From: Bugula neritina
Taxonomy: Eukaryota; Animalia; Bryozoa
DNA: 64,000 nt
Assembly: GCA_964035545.1 (NCBI GenBank)
Contig: OZ037767.1
Coordinates: 7,270,707 to 7,334,706, forward strand
Direction of reading: 5' to 3'
Below, piece after piece: positions 31,748-44,612 of the stretch. The position numbers and the translations under genes are program-made. How positions within the stretch are numbered: the first letter of the stretch is position 1; every line of letters starts with the position of its first letter. The notes below the pieces were generated by a model, which had not been told where the DNA came from, did no database searches, and was given only the letters and a program-made list of their open reading frames with translations.

Positions 31748-34700
31748 ATGGGAGGGGCCAACAGTCATGTTCCTCTACTACCCAACCTCCCCTCTAAAAT
31801 CCGCAAAGCTGCAATCACACAGGCTATTGGCCGCAGGATAGACAAGAGGAAACGACTGAGCAGGACATTGAAACGTATCATTCACTACAACAGTAAACAT
31901 CCAAACAAAGACCAGTGCAAACTGTTCAAAGAGCTGGTGTCAAGTTGGACAACGGTGGAGTTGTCTAGACTTGGTTAGTATTTATGTGTCGTTGTATAAC
32001 ATTCCATGCCTCTCGGTTATTAGATAAGTTGATAGAGATCTGTATCAAACAGTTCTTTGGTATTTTACTGATAGTACACTGAATATTGTACAGGTTTGTG
32101 ATTGAAGAATTAAGGATGAAAAACAATGCAAATTTGTTTTTATCTCTTCATAAATCAACGGTTTTAAACATTTTTATTGTCTTAAAAAATTTTAATATTT
32201 ATATGTAAAACAAACCCGGTTATCATAGTACTGACATTTTACTGAAAGCTTCTAACTTGTGCTTTCATTTTTAGAACTTTTGACCCAGTTTTAGTCAGCT
32301 TTATCACCAAGTTTGTTATAAATCTGTTACCACTTTGCCACTTTGAAGAGTAAGTGGTAGTGTGCTATTTGCCCCCCCCCCCCATGCTTAGGTTGAGAGA
32401 GGCTTGTATTGTCACTATTGTTTGATAAGTCTAAACTCTAAAGTTATAATGTCGAAAAAAAGTGGCTTAAACTGGTAATTTATATGTCAAACACCAAATT
32501 TGACAGGTCTAGTTCTTTACTTCCTTTTATCATTGCTGTGGAAATAACTTCATAATCATAATTCTGTTGAATTCTCGGCAGATGACTTTAGTTCTAGCAT
32601 ATAGTTATAGATAGTGTCAAGGTCATAGTTATCTGAGCCTGTGGTTGCTATATGAGCCTTGGTAGTGGTCCAAGCTGTGAGCTGTGTATCTGCAAGGAGC
32701 AAAAACTAATAGTAATAATTGTTACATTAACGTCTCTACTTTCACTCTGTGAAAGTTGTTACTTATTCAGTTGTTGTCCCTCCTTTAATGTAGTATTGCT
32801 CTCTTTTATAACCCCTATAACTCTATATATGCTTTCATTAGGTAAATCAGCTGTTTAACTCTTGGTTTACTACTTGAACTGTGAAATTTAATAAGTTGCC
32901 AACATACATATGTATGTATGGGTTGTGTTAGTTTGTTGGAAATTCAACATTATATTGACCTTCTATCTCAATCTTGCTAATTACCTGAAGGCATTGCAAT
33001 AAGCTGGCCCATTTCCTACTCTAGTAGATGTGATCTCAGCACACTACTTGCACTTTGTACTTATTCACTAGACTTCTCTTTCTATATGCAAATGATGTAC
33101 GTTATCGTCACTTGGTAATTTTTTTCAAAAACTTTTGACGGTTGTGATGAAATAAGCATGTTGTATGCCAGCTATTACAGTGAGTTTTTTTGTGCAAAAA
33201 ATGGTCATCTTTTCCTTCTGTTCTCTTTACTTCTCTCAACAAGAGATGCTGTTCGGTACAGCATAATTTTTCTTTCAGTTCAGTTCTTATATACGTTACA
33301 TGGTTTTGTTATTTTACCATGTTTACTTACCAATAACCAGTTTGCTGGAAAAAATATAATTTAGTGGTAGTAGTGGTAGTAGTAGTAGTAGTAGTAATGG
33401 TAGTAGTAGTAATAGTAGTGGTAGTAATAGTAGTGGTAGTAGTAGTAATAGTAGTGTTAGTAGTAGTAGTAGTAGTGGTAGTAGTAGTAGTAGTAAGGCT
33501 CTAGTCTGTATTGTAATACAATAACTCTACTTAAGCACCCATATTATGTAGTAAATCTAACTCTAAAATTAGAGCTACTACTACTACTACTATGGTATCA
33601 AGTTATTCAAATTTACTGAGTAGTATTATGTGTGTTATTGCATGAGCTCAGTTTTGCTGCGATTTCTGCATTATTTGTGGGTTTAGTGAGCCCCTTGCAC
33701 TAAGCACTCGTTAAGAGAGGATATGCTGCAATACATGCTATAGCAACCTACAGTAATGATTGTGTCCTTTTTTGTTTTCAACACACATGCTAATTTCTGA
33801 TAAAAAAAGCTGTTTGACATGCAATGATTAAGTTGTTTTGCTGCGTAGGTGGCACATGTAAGCAGTTGTGTAATTCTATTCTATAGTGGAAGTGTATGAA
33901 TCTACAATAACCCTCCAGCAAGTGGCAGCAGAGGCCTCTGCTGCCCGACCTGTCATACCAGACGTCTACGCTGACCTTGGCAGCACCCTACACAAGCAGA
34001 CGTGCTCTGACACGACAATCGACTATGCCGGGCACTGCTTTGCCTGCCACAAGGCCATCCTGGCTGCGCGCAGTGAATATTTCCGAAAGGTAAAACTGGG
34101 TTTTAAGGCAGCCATTTTACTGCCTGAATAGCTTGTCTTGTATTTACTAAAGGTGTTGGGGCTAACATTGGGCCTGTATCTAGATTCTAAGGGATGTGAG
34201 ATGGTCTATGGACCATTTACTTGAGCTGTTTTATAACAGTACTTTCCTAGTTCCTAGTTTAAGATCTACTATATTCCCAAAATCTAGAATATCGCGGGAA
34301 GCAGCACTGAGTTGGAGGTGACTGGGCACCGCATATGTATATGTTGTCCAAACTCCAAACTTGAGACTCAACCAAAGTACTCGGTGACCACCAACTCTGT
34401 GCTGCTTCAAGGGACTTTTTAAATTCTCTGGTCTTGTACATTTCCTCCTTTTAAATACCTACCTGAATGTTCACACAGCTAACTTAACTATCATAAGACA
34501 ATCCCCTGTTCCTGGACCTGTTTCTGTGGTCTGAACACTTGCTAATAGCTTCCTGTTGGGAACTAAATGTTGACTTCCAGTTGAATGATGACTGAATTAT
34601 ACCGAGTATTTGCCTGCTCTGTCACACCTGTACAGTGATGTGCACAGCCACTGGTCATCATTCATCATCATTATTCTTTGTCTAGCATTCGGTTGTCCTG

Positions 34701-37700
34701 GTGCCACTTTCCTCCTTCTATCTAATGACAGTCACATATTGGATATTGGAATCCTTTCTCTTAAAATACATAATTCCGTTTTTAAAAAATTGTTTCTTAT
34801 TATGCAATGTATTACATATTTTACATATTTTCTTGTTGGTGTTTTGACATTGTATGTAGCAATATATGAATTCTTGTATGATAGGAATGTGAATGCTTGT
34901 AGCAATTCAATCAAGTGATGAAGGATGGGGAGGTTATAAAGGTGACCCCACCTGCTAGTGTTCCAGCGGATCACGAGCTATTCACACAGTTTTTACAGTA
35001 CCTTTACTCTGACACACCGCCAGACCCCGAGGTAAAATGTCTGCTCGTCTATGCTTTATTAGTCTGTGTAATGGATATCAGTGGTGTAGTAGACAGGGGT
35101 GTAGTGGACAGGGGTGTAGTAGACAGGGGTGTAGTAGACAGGGGTGTAGTGGACAGGAGGGTAGTGGACAGGAGTGTAGTGGACATTTTGCGCAGGAGGA
35201 AGATATTGGTTGGCTAACAATAAAAACTGATTATTTTGAATTAGAAGTTATGAAACCAACAAGTTTCTGAAAGGCCGACTATCCACTAAACAGGGTGACT
35301 CTAGCTGCTAGCAGGAGGAGGAGAATTAAGTATTTTTCTACAGGTCATAAATATTCCCAGTCAGGGTTGGTGTTTTGCCAAATTAAACACATTGCAGGTG
35401 ACAGAGTCTTGCACTGATAACCCATGAAGAGCATAATAGTTGTATGTATAATGTGAAGTGCAATGATATAGTCATATAGATCCTTGTTTGTTATATACTG
35501 ATGTTTATCTTGGGGTATAAATCTAAATATAGGCTGAGCACCTGTCATCATAAATTGCCTATCAGTTGTTATATGGCTTTAGAGTTTAGAACATGCAACC
35601 TACCTGTAAAACTTATGTTGATTTATTCAAAATGTTGGTTTTCTGCTGTGAATATTTTAAAGTAACAACAGAGTTAAGTACTGGCTGTGCCATCTACCTT
35701 TATAACTATTCCATTTTTGTCCTCAACTGCTCAGTAGCCATGAAAAGCTTTCACGTTCAACTAGAAAATGTGTTTTTTTTAAAATCAAGTGGATTGAAGT
35801 ATCATAGACTGCAGTATTGTGTAAATTAATAGACTAGTAGTATGGGGTTTGGGGTATACATGAATATGTTAGCAACTTGGTGAACAGCTCTAGTAAATAT
35901 ACTAGACATAACCTGTGTAATAATTAGTTTGTAAGATTCTATTATTCAATCACCTCAGCCTACAGAATGGTTTAAGTTAACATTCCAACATGCAAGCACT
36001 TCACATATCCTGTGCTATAAGACTATTAATTCACTCTTACATAACACTTGAAAAGATAACTGTGTAAATAAGATATTGTTTTTACCTGATATAACATCAT
36101 ATGGATGCAGTCTGTGGGAATGGAAACATGTGTAGCTTATAATATAATATGGTTACCCGAAGCTATTTCCGTTCCAACTCAGTATGCGCTAACAGAAAAA
36201 TGAAAACTGTTCATAACATTGTAATATATTTTCAACATGGTGTTTGCTCTAAAATATGTGTAATGCATGTGTAATGTGCCAGCGCATCCATTATGAATTC
36301 TTATTTTACTAGAAAATAACCACACACTTATGCTATTTTTTGAATTACATGGTTTTGATTGGACGAGTGTAGACTAGATATTATACTGGAAATATCTGAC
36401 CCAGTTAACCCTCATTCATCTAATTGTATTTTGAATTCCTAAGAGACAAATTTTAAGCTCAGTACAACGTTTACACATCACAAAGTAGGAGATAGTCTGA
36501 GCTAGCTTCCAGTGAATCCTTACATACATGTACTACACACCAAACAGCTATGCATTATATATATCAATATACATTATATCAATATATATGATATACTATG
36601 TCGTACTAGTAAAATCCAGTAAATGCTGCACAGTGATGAGTTTATACTCCAGAAGGTGTAAAATGCCACATATCTCAACCTATGAAGTGTATTTATTTCA
36701 ACACAGTACATGTGTATTTCCTGATAAAAACAGTTGCACATACATAAAATATCAGCTACAATCTAGTGACTCATTCATTTTAAAAGCTCTTGATTTTATT
36801 GAAACTGGGCCATTTTGAAATCATAAGTTTAGTGTAGCAACTTATTGCATGAAATTTCATAACTCTTAAGTTTTACAATTTGTTTTGGCAGTTTACCAAG
36901 TACCGGTTTGGTCTGGGAGTTATCTTCACTTTAGCCTTTTTATTACTTCATTGTTTTGATCTCTCATTGGGTTGAGTATATTTAGGTTGCCTAGACATTT
37001 CTCAGATGAAAATAAGTTTTATAATAAATTAACTTCACTACTGCTGGGGATCATTTGTTTGAACAACTTTTTGTAATCTTATATATGTTAACAATTAACT
37101 TTATGGTATAAAAATGCACCATTTTTCTCTGTTGACAGTTTTAAAATGTAATTGAAATAGCACTAGCTTTATTCTATTTTCTACTAACAGTACAATAGTT
37201 TGTACTAGATGCAAGTTTTGTGATGCCTAATTTTTCTACCTCTTCGAAGTATGAGCTGCTAAGGCCGGGTAGAGTTTGTTTATTAGCTTACAGTCTGGCT
37301 CAGCAGACAGACTTGCTCAGACCATCTGAGATCAGGGTTTGGTCTGATTCCATGCTTCATATTGGCTGCAGTCAAACTGTGATTGTTACACGAAAACCTG
37401 TGGGACTAAGTTCAGTCGTATGAAATGGAGTTGGAATTTGACATTAGCAGCTAAACCCAAGTTGTTTTTATCTCTGGTCCGTAGTTAACATATTTTTCAT
37501 GGCCTTCAGTTGCAAACGGATGATGGAGAAACGTGCTGTTCATTTTATTCACTTAATTTTAGTGTTGGAATCTTGCAGGGAAATATACTCAATAGAATAA
37601 CAACAAATTGTGACGTAAATATATTTTGGTTTTGGTATGAAACCAGATTTCACAATAACTATATATTGTAATCTTGTTCATGCAGCAATAATGTGTCATC

Positions 37701-40700
37701 AGTATCTTCCTTCTCTCCCTCTATCCATCTCTCTCCACTCTCTCACTTTCTCTCCCTTTATCTATCTATCTCTCCACTCTCTCACTTTCTCTCCCTTTAT
37801 CTATCCATCTCTCTTCACCCTCTCACTCTATTCTTCTCTCCATCCATCCATTTCTTACACCTTCTCTTTTGATTTCGATCTTCCCCTCCATCTCAACCTT
37901 CCTTTCCATTTCTCCCTCTGCATTTATCTCCTTTACCTCCCCACTCTTTTTCCCTCTCTCCATCTCTTCCCAAAGCATATAATTTAAACTGTATGGTTTT
38001 ATATCTCTAGATTCTATCAGCAAACGATTTCACGGCGATGTGCGAGAAGTTTGGTGTGTGTGGCACAGCTAAGCAAATGTTGCATCATCTACAGATATCC
38101 AGAGAATATAGTGACATAACTCTTGTGTTCCTCAAGACTACACGACCTAGTAAGTAGTGATGTTACCATACAGCGGTGTCAGTAAGTAGTGATGTTACCA
38201 TACAGCGGTGTCAGTAAGTAGCGGTGTTACCATACAGTGGTGCCAGTAAGTAGCGGTGTTACCACACAGTGGTGCCAGTAAGTAGTGGTGTTACCATACA
38301 GTGGTGTCAGTAAGTAGCGGTGTTACCATACAGTGGTGCCAGTAAGAAGTGGTGTTACCATACAGTGGTGTCAGTAAGTAGTGGTGTTACCATACAGTGG
38401 TGTCAGTAACTGATGGTGTTATCATACAGTGGTATCAGTAACTGATGGTGTTATCATACAGTGGTATCAGCAAGTGATGGTATTATGGTATATTGTTTTA
38501 TATATTACACATTATATACATACATTATCTATGATTGTATATCATATGTTGCATATTATATAACCTATATCATATACTATATATAATTAATGATATATGA
38601 TTGCATACCATAATATAGCCTATTCTACATATCACACTATATATGGCATATAGATGGTATATAATAACAAGTCATTGCATCTTCCAGATACATTTTCCTC
38701 CGAGTCGGTGAGGCTAGCGGAGTATCCCTGTCACTCTGTCATCCTAGCCTCACGCTCCCAGCTGCTCCGCAATCTTATCAACAGAAGGATGGCTGAGAAC
38801 CACCCCGACTCCACAGAGATTGTACTAGACGATGCCGTGGTGGGCTATAAGTACGCTCCTCTCATACTCAAACTCATCTACCAGGTAATATTCCCAGCCG
38901 CATATTTCTAACCAATGTTGTTTGACTTGATGGTGGAACACAGCTTTACGTGAGGTTGTTTGGTACTGGACAGGGAGGGTTCCTTGGGGAGCTAGCTCTA
39001 ACAGTTGTTACACTCTGTGCTATTCATAAGTCATATTGTCGCCTAAAATCGTTTTGATATTCTTCAATTGCCCACCACTGCGTTTCTATTAAATCTAATG
39101 GATGCTCCTATGGTGAATTTGTAGTTGTGGTTTCATTCGATGCAACCGTTTCCAAACATCGGATTAAAATTGTATTCGCATAATGCAAAGCTCGGGAATA
39201 TAGTGCAAATCTATTAAATTATATGCACTTAGAGAGTTTATTTCTGCATATTGTTCTTTAACCATTCGATAAATAGATGTTATGTGCTTGTTTCAGTGTA
39301 TGACTGTACATGTTATGACAACTCTACTCTGTAGGACGAGCTGGACCTGAGTCTAGTTTACTCACAGGCTAATGCTGCCACCTCCTCTAGTCTGAGTGAA
39401 GCTGAGGCTATTGTCGCGGGTAGAACGAGCATCACCTTACTGGAAGAGACTATGGAGCTGCACCACATCGGCAACTTCCTGGAGTTACCTGCCCTCATTG
39501 AAAGTAAATCCTCACATATATACATTTCCATTTCAATTTAGACAATGTATAATTAATGGCAGGAGATTTAAATATAATTATATGTATATATATTTACTTT
39601 GGCATCATTCATATTAATATATAGCTTGCTTGAGCTATTTATAGTTCCGTATCTGATTGAGCTAATGTAAGGTGACGTTGTGTTTGACAAGTACTAGCAT
39701 TGTTTTGATGCTGCTGCAGACATGCAGGTACTGGGTACAATGTAGACTGATGGCCTGCTTGGCTAACTACAGCTATTTATTGACACCACACCTAAGGTGG
39801 TTATGACATGCTTGTCTACACCCTGATACGAACTACTCATCTGTCCGAGTTTAATATGCCCATTGACTTCTCGCTGTAGAATGTGAAGACTTCATTGTGC
39901 AGAGTATTAACACAGAGAATCTGAGCACAGTTCTCTGTTGGAGTTTGGAGGCTAGTGGTTCTAGATGGGTGTATAGAGAGGCCCTCCAATATATCCAGGA
40001 TAACTTCAGACAGGTAGGCTATGCCATGGTGCTAACATCTGCACACAACTTATCACTTTGATTAACCTCTAACTTACAGACTATCTACACCTTGTACTTT
40101 TGCATTCTACGCTGTTTATTCACACTGCCTTTCTCTGTACTTTACCTGTTCCCTTAAATTACTCTTCTAATTGAAACTAAGCTGTTGACACTGTTACAGA
40201 AGTTTTCAAAAAACATTTTGTATCTTTTGCTCTGTTTAGTTGAGTTCATAACAATGTAGTTCTACACTGTATCTCCTCATCTTTCTACCATCATCTAGTT
40301 ACGAGTTGAAAACTTAAATAGAAATCTTTTGATGTCTTTTACCCTTAGTTGTTTTATTCTGTATTTAATGTAATATTTTGTGATATTTATAACCTGCCAT
40401 GCATGTAAACACTCCTCCAGTTTGTTGGGGCATATATACATATTAGTTTGAGTTATATATTATTGCAACAATTTTAGCATATAATAGTATGATAATATAC
40501 TTACATTATATAATGTATTATAAGTGCAGCATATAATAATGTACTATTATTACATTAAAGCATAATATATTATTTCTCTACGCATATAGCACAATAATAT
40601 GTATTATTACATTATTGCATAGTTGGACAAGGTGTTAACAGGTAAAAAACAGGTGAGATATAATATAGTATAGTTAAACTGTTTATTATATTATAGATCA

Positions 40701-43700
40701 GCCAAAGCTCTGCTCTGTACAGCCTTGATGAGCCTACCCTAACCAAAGTTCTTCAGTCCGACTTCCTACAGGCTAGTGAACTCGACGTCCTACAAGCTGT
40801 GATCAATTGGTCAGAGCACCAGCTAATTAAAAAACTTGAAAGTCAAGGTGAATATCAATTCTCATTCCTATTATAGCTAATTAATGTTGGGGCATAATGT
40901 GCAGTGAATTTTATCATGATTAAACTAAATCCTTGATAATTTTAAATTAAATAGTTTTTTTAATAAATTAAACACATTTTTGCAATAGTTGTGGTTATTT
41001 TAAATCAGGAAACTGAGAAGATATATTAGACATTTTGAATATGCGCATTAAGGAGTTTTAAATTAATACACTTATTTATTTCCAGAGCCCAATCTGGTTA
41101 CGCACACGGCCCACAGTTTGGCAAGGAAAGGAATTAAGGCTAAAGATTTGGATGACTCACAGATAAGGGAAATTGCCTCCCCTCTCATGCTACATGTTCG
41201 GCAGAGTCACATTCTCTCCAATAACTCAACGGTTAGTCCCTCCAGCTATTTTATTGTAAGAACTCTAAGATAGGCTCCCCACTTGCAGGCCAGTTGTGGC
41301 TGAAGAACACTAAGCCATGTTGGATAGGCTCTGAGTTTGTACCTGGCAAATTCCAGCGCTATTTATAGGATCAAAGGTTAGGGAGTTGGTACTGAGTCTA
41401 CTTTTGAAGGTTGCTCATCTTAGTACTAATTATTTACTCTTTCACTTCTCTTGCTATATTTGTTCTCTGTGTTTTTTATTTTATTGACATGTCTGTATGT
41501 TTCACTATAATGATTGCCATGTAGTGTAGACACAATGCCGCATGTGTTTCACTGCTACTGCTTCATGACACTCACTAATATATACTTGCAGGTGGTTGCA
41601 AATGCTGTAAAACGCGGTCTCGTCGGAGCCAATACCACAAGAGACATTACAGCAAGTGAACCCATTCTCAATATTCACAGCACCTACGGCCAGCGGGGCT
41701 CATGGGTACCCCCTACCAAAACCAGCGTAAAAAGATATGAAGTTCCACGGGCTTACATGCCGTTCTATGATCTGGCCAAGGTGAAATATGCTGCTATTCG
41801 TATACTGTGTTCTTCTATTAGTCTATGGCATGTGGAAATACATCAACATATAAATCACTTATACTCCCAGTTTAGGTTGTGACGCAGTGTTCTTGCTTGC
41901 AGGCGCTGTTGGAAGAGCGTACAAAGGATATGTCAGAGAGTGACGTGGTTCATCTTCGGCGACCGGGAAGAGCGAATCCTACGCTGAATACACTGAGTAG
42001 ATCTCGTGTACTTCGTCATACTACAGTACAGAACATGACAAGACAGCAAGGTATATATCACGCTGTATCGGTATATACTGTGTATATTGCACCAGTACAC
42101 GGTGTATCTTCTATATATACATAGTATATGCTGTATCAGTACACAGTATATCTACTGTATTAGTACATATAGTAGATATGCTGAAGATACATATAGTACA
42201 CACTATATACACTACATGTATGCCAATCATGTGCAATACACTGTGTAATACACTGTGCAATACACTGTGTAATACACTGTGCAATACACTGTGCAATACA
42301 CTGTGCAATACACTGTGCAATACACTGTGCAATACGCTGTGTAATACGCTGTGTAATACACTGTGCAATACGCTGTGTAACATGTTACAGAAGGTTTGGC
42401 TCATATACAGTTTAATCTGAGAGAAGTGGAAGAGGTTATCGATAAGACAGAGCATCTCCTGCAGAGCCCCCTAGTGGTCCAGGCACTGCAGGCCTGCTGG
42501 GACAAGTCGGCTGTCCTCAAACAGGTGAGTCTTTCTTTCACCAGAAGCAGCCGATGTTAGAAAGATAATCACCACGTGTTCATCTCAACTTGACTGCAGC
42601 CAGTTTAGTCAAGGAGTTATGTTTTGTGTGATTCTTTTTGAATATTTATTTAGTTTTGTAACCTCTAGTAGTTGTCTTATCATAGTCGGCACATTATCTT
42701 AGGAAGTTTAGTTGAGTATATTTATGTGGTTGGTCTATTGGTTGTCAAGGTAACATTCATCAAATGAAAGTAAGTTTTACATTAAATTAACTTCAGTAGA
42801 GCTTTGGATTTTCTTATGTTTTAACAATTTGTTGTAATCTTGTATATGTTGACAATTGTGTTTTACAATACGTAAATACATTATTTCGCTGTGCCTGACT
42901 GCAGTGTGAAATAATAGTTTAGGCTATTTATACAACTACTTGCTGCAGTTATAATATTGGTACAAGTTAATTTGCATTATATATTCACTCTCTCATATTG
43001 ATGTGCTTAGTTGCAGCAAAGCTCTCATAAAAGTATTCTGCACTGTGGACTGTTGGGCGAATTTACCTACGCCTTGCATTATATAGCTTATGGTATTGTT
43101 TCTAGGTTTGTCTGTGGGCTGTTAGAGAGTTATCATACCCTGATCAAATCATATACACTGTCAACAGCCGAACCACACCCCCTACCTCATCTGCTGACAC
43201 TAACCCACACTTACTAACTAGCAGGTAATATATAGTTCTGTAATATACAGACTTATATGAGGGGTTATCCTCTCCTTAATATTTTACTCGCAATTTATAC
43301 AATACAACGATATTGCTAGTGGTGATATTTCTGCGTGTGTATAAAGTACTAGAAGCTTTATTTGAGCTTAACTCAAATTTGATATGTTTCATTACAACTT
43401 TATTAAATACATTATTTTCTATTTCTGCTTACTCACATAACTTTGACCGCTGGTTCCCTTTGTCATTCAACATGTGTACATGCTGTTGTATGTATATTCA
43501 ACCTATTATGTACACAGTATGTTGTAGTCTATTCAACATATGTACAGTTTGTTGTATACGTATATTCACGTCTGATTCCAGTCTAGTACCTGATCTGGCC
43601 CCTGAGAAGCTGATACTGCAGCACGGACTCTCCTCTTCCTACGAGAACCTGACTATTCATTCTGTCAGCTCTTCTCCGGACGTCACGCTGCTGTCTGTCC

Positions 43701-44612
43701 GGAGCTACAGACATCCAGTGGGCGGGGTGGCTGCTGCTGCTGCCCCGTTTCCTGACGTAACCCTTCATTCTCACTCTAGCTCAGATGAGAGCAGCTCCCC
43801 AGGTATGTGTTATGCCACTGTTTAGTGTTACACTGTCTTTGGCTAGGGGGGGGGGGGGGTATTCAATCGGCATTAGGGCTGACATCATATCCATGTGCTG
43901 GTGTATTGTCATATAATGCTGAAACTACTGTGCTCTTATGTATTTATAGATGGTCAGCCACTGTTTGACAAATTGATGAGCGTTCAGATAATCATACCAG
44001 TCATTTGCGTTCATATCAACATGACAGTTTATTTCTGCATTTCTACTTGCAGTTTTATCCATGCTCAATAAAAGATGTGTAAGCAGTTTTAGCAAAACTA
44101 AGTTATTTGTAGGGGCATCTGCTAGACCTAGAGGCCTGCTCGTCTCTTCTCTCAGTAAAGTGAGGAAGTATGCTACAAACACAGCACCTCCCTCAGCTCG
44201 CTCTAAGGACTCCGCGAGACAAGCGTGTAGAGAGAAAGTTGACTGTAAGCTGCAGCCAGATATACTGGGTGATGCATCGCTATCTGATGGCGTCTCATCC
44301 CGTAGACTGTCGCCCACCCACACCTCAATACGACACGCCTCCACACTGGACTCTAAACCCCGGAGGTATCGTAGAAGGAGTCAGACTGTTAACCCTTACC
44401 ACACGCCCCCTAGGGGCAGCTGCAACCAATCCACTAGCAACCTTCTCTACTCTTCATTAACGAGGAATATCAGTGTCGAGTATGATCGACTGTTGGCTCA
44501 AGAAGGCCCTCCCCCTGATATAGCACCTCAACCCTCTCGTAGACTAACTCGTACATCCACCCCTCCCGATATTACCTCTAGTCCTAGTAACACATGGCAG
44601 GCAATGCTGTAG
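31748..44612 (+). CDS. BTBD7: BTB/POZ domain-containing protein 7-like (two BTB domains plus BACK), multi-exon
   Basis: MGG start; ELVSSW..VEVYE..ASAARP; CHKAILAARSEYF; second BTB YPCHSVILASRS; SRWVYREALQY; LQSDFLQASELDVLQAVINW; EPNLVTHTAHSLARKG; Ser/Pro-rich tail. Order matches BTBD7. Confidence 0.9.
33362..33495. repeat. (AGT)n microsatellite
   Basis: Direct reading. Confidence 0.9.
35085..35185. repeat. 15-bp minisatellite (GTAGTRGACAGGGGT), about 6-7 copies
   Basis: Direct reading; intronic, about 55 bp after a donor site. Confidence 0.9.
36885..37160. mobile_element. Interspersed repeat; diverged second copy at about 42650-42890
   Basis: Shared blocks such as GTTGAGTATATTTA, AAATTAACTTCA and TTGTAATCTT.TATATGTT.ACAATT. 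Confidence 0.55.
38150..38475 (+). repeat. 32-bp minisatellite, about 10 copies, starting exactly at a GTAAGT donor
   Basis: Unit GTAAGTAGTGRTGTTACCATACAGYGGTGTCA. Confidence 0.9.
42229..42380. repeat. 12-bp minisatellite (TGYAATACRCTG), about 12 copies, just before an acceptor
   Basis: Direct reading. Confidence 0.9.

Noticed and set aside
33362-33495. (AGT)n tracts here and near 46560-46700 as further Polinton termini
   Set aside because: Simple microsatellites without the GGTGGATG..CCTAGG sub-terminal sequence or viral genes.
34160-34830. Possible LINE fragment in a BTBD7 intron
   Set aside because: No recognisable RT or endonuclease motif by eye.
42111-42455. Repeat ORFs (HSVL)n/(CNTL)n, and similarly (HA)n at 24120, (VVDRG)n at 35085 and ([10 protein letters not shown])n at 63582
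   Set aside because: Translations of intronic tandem repeats.
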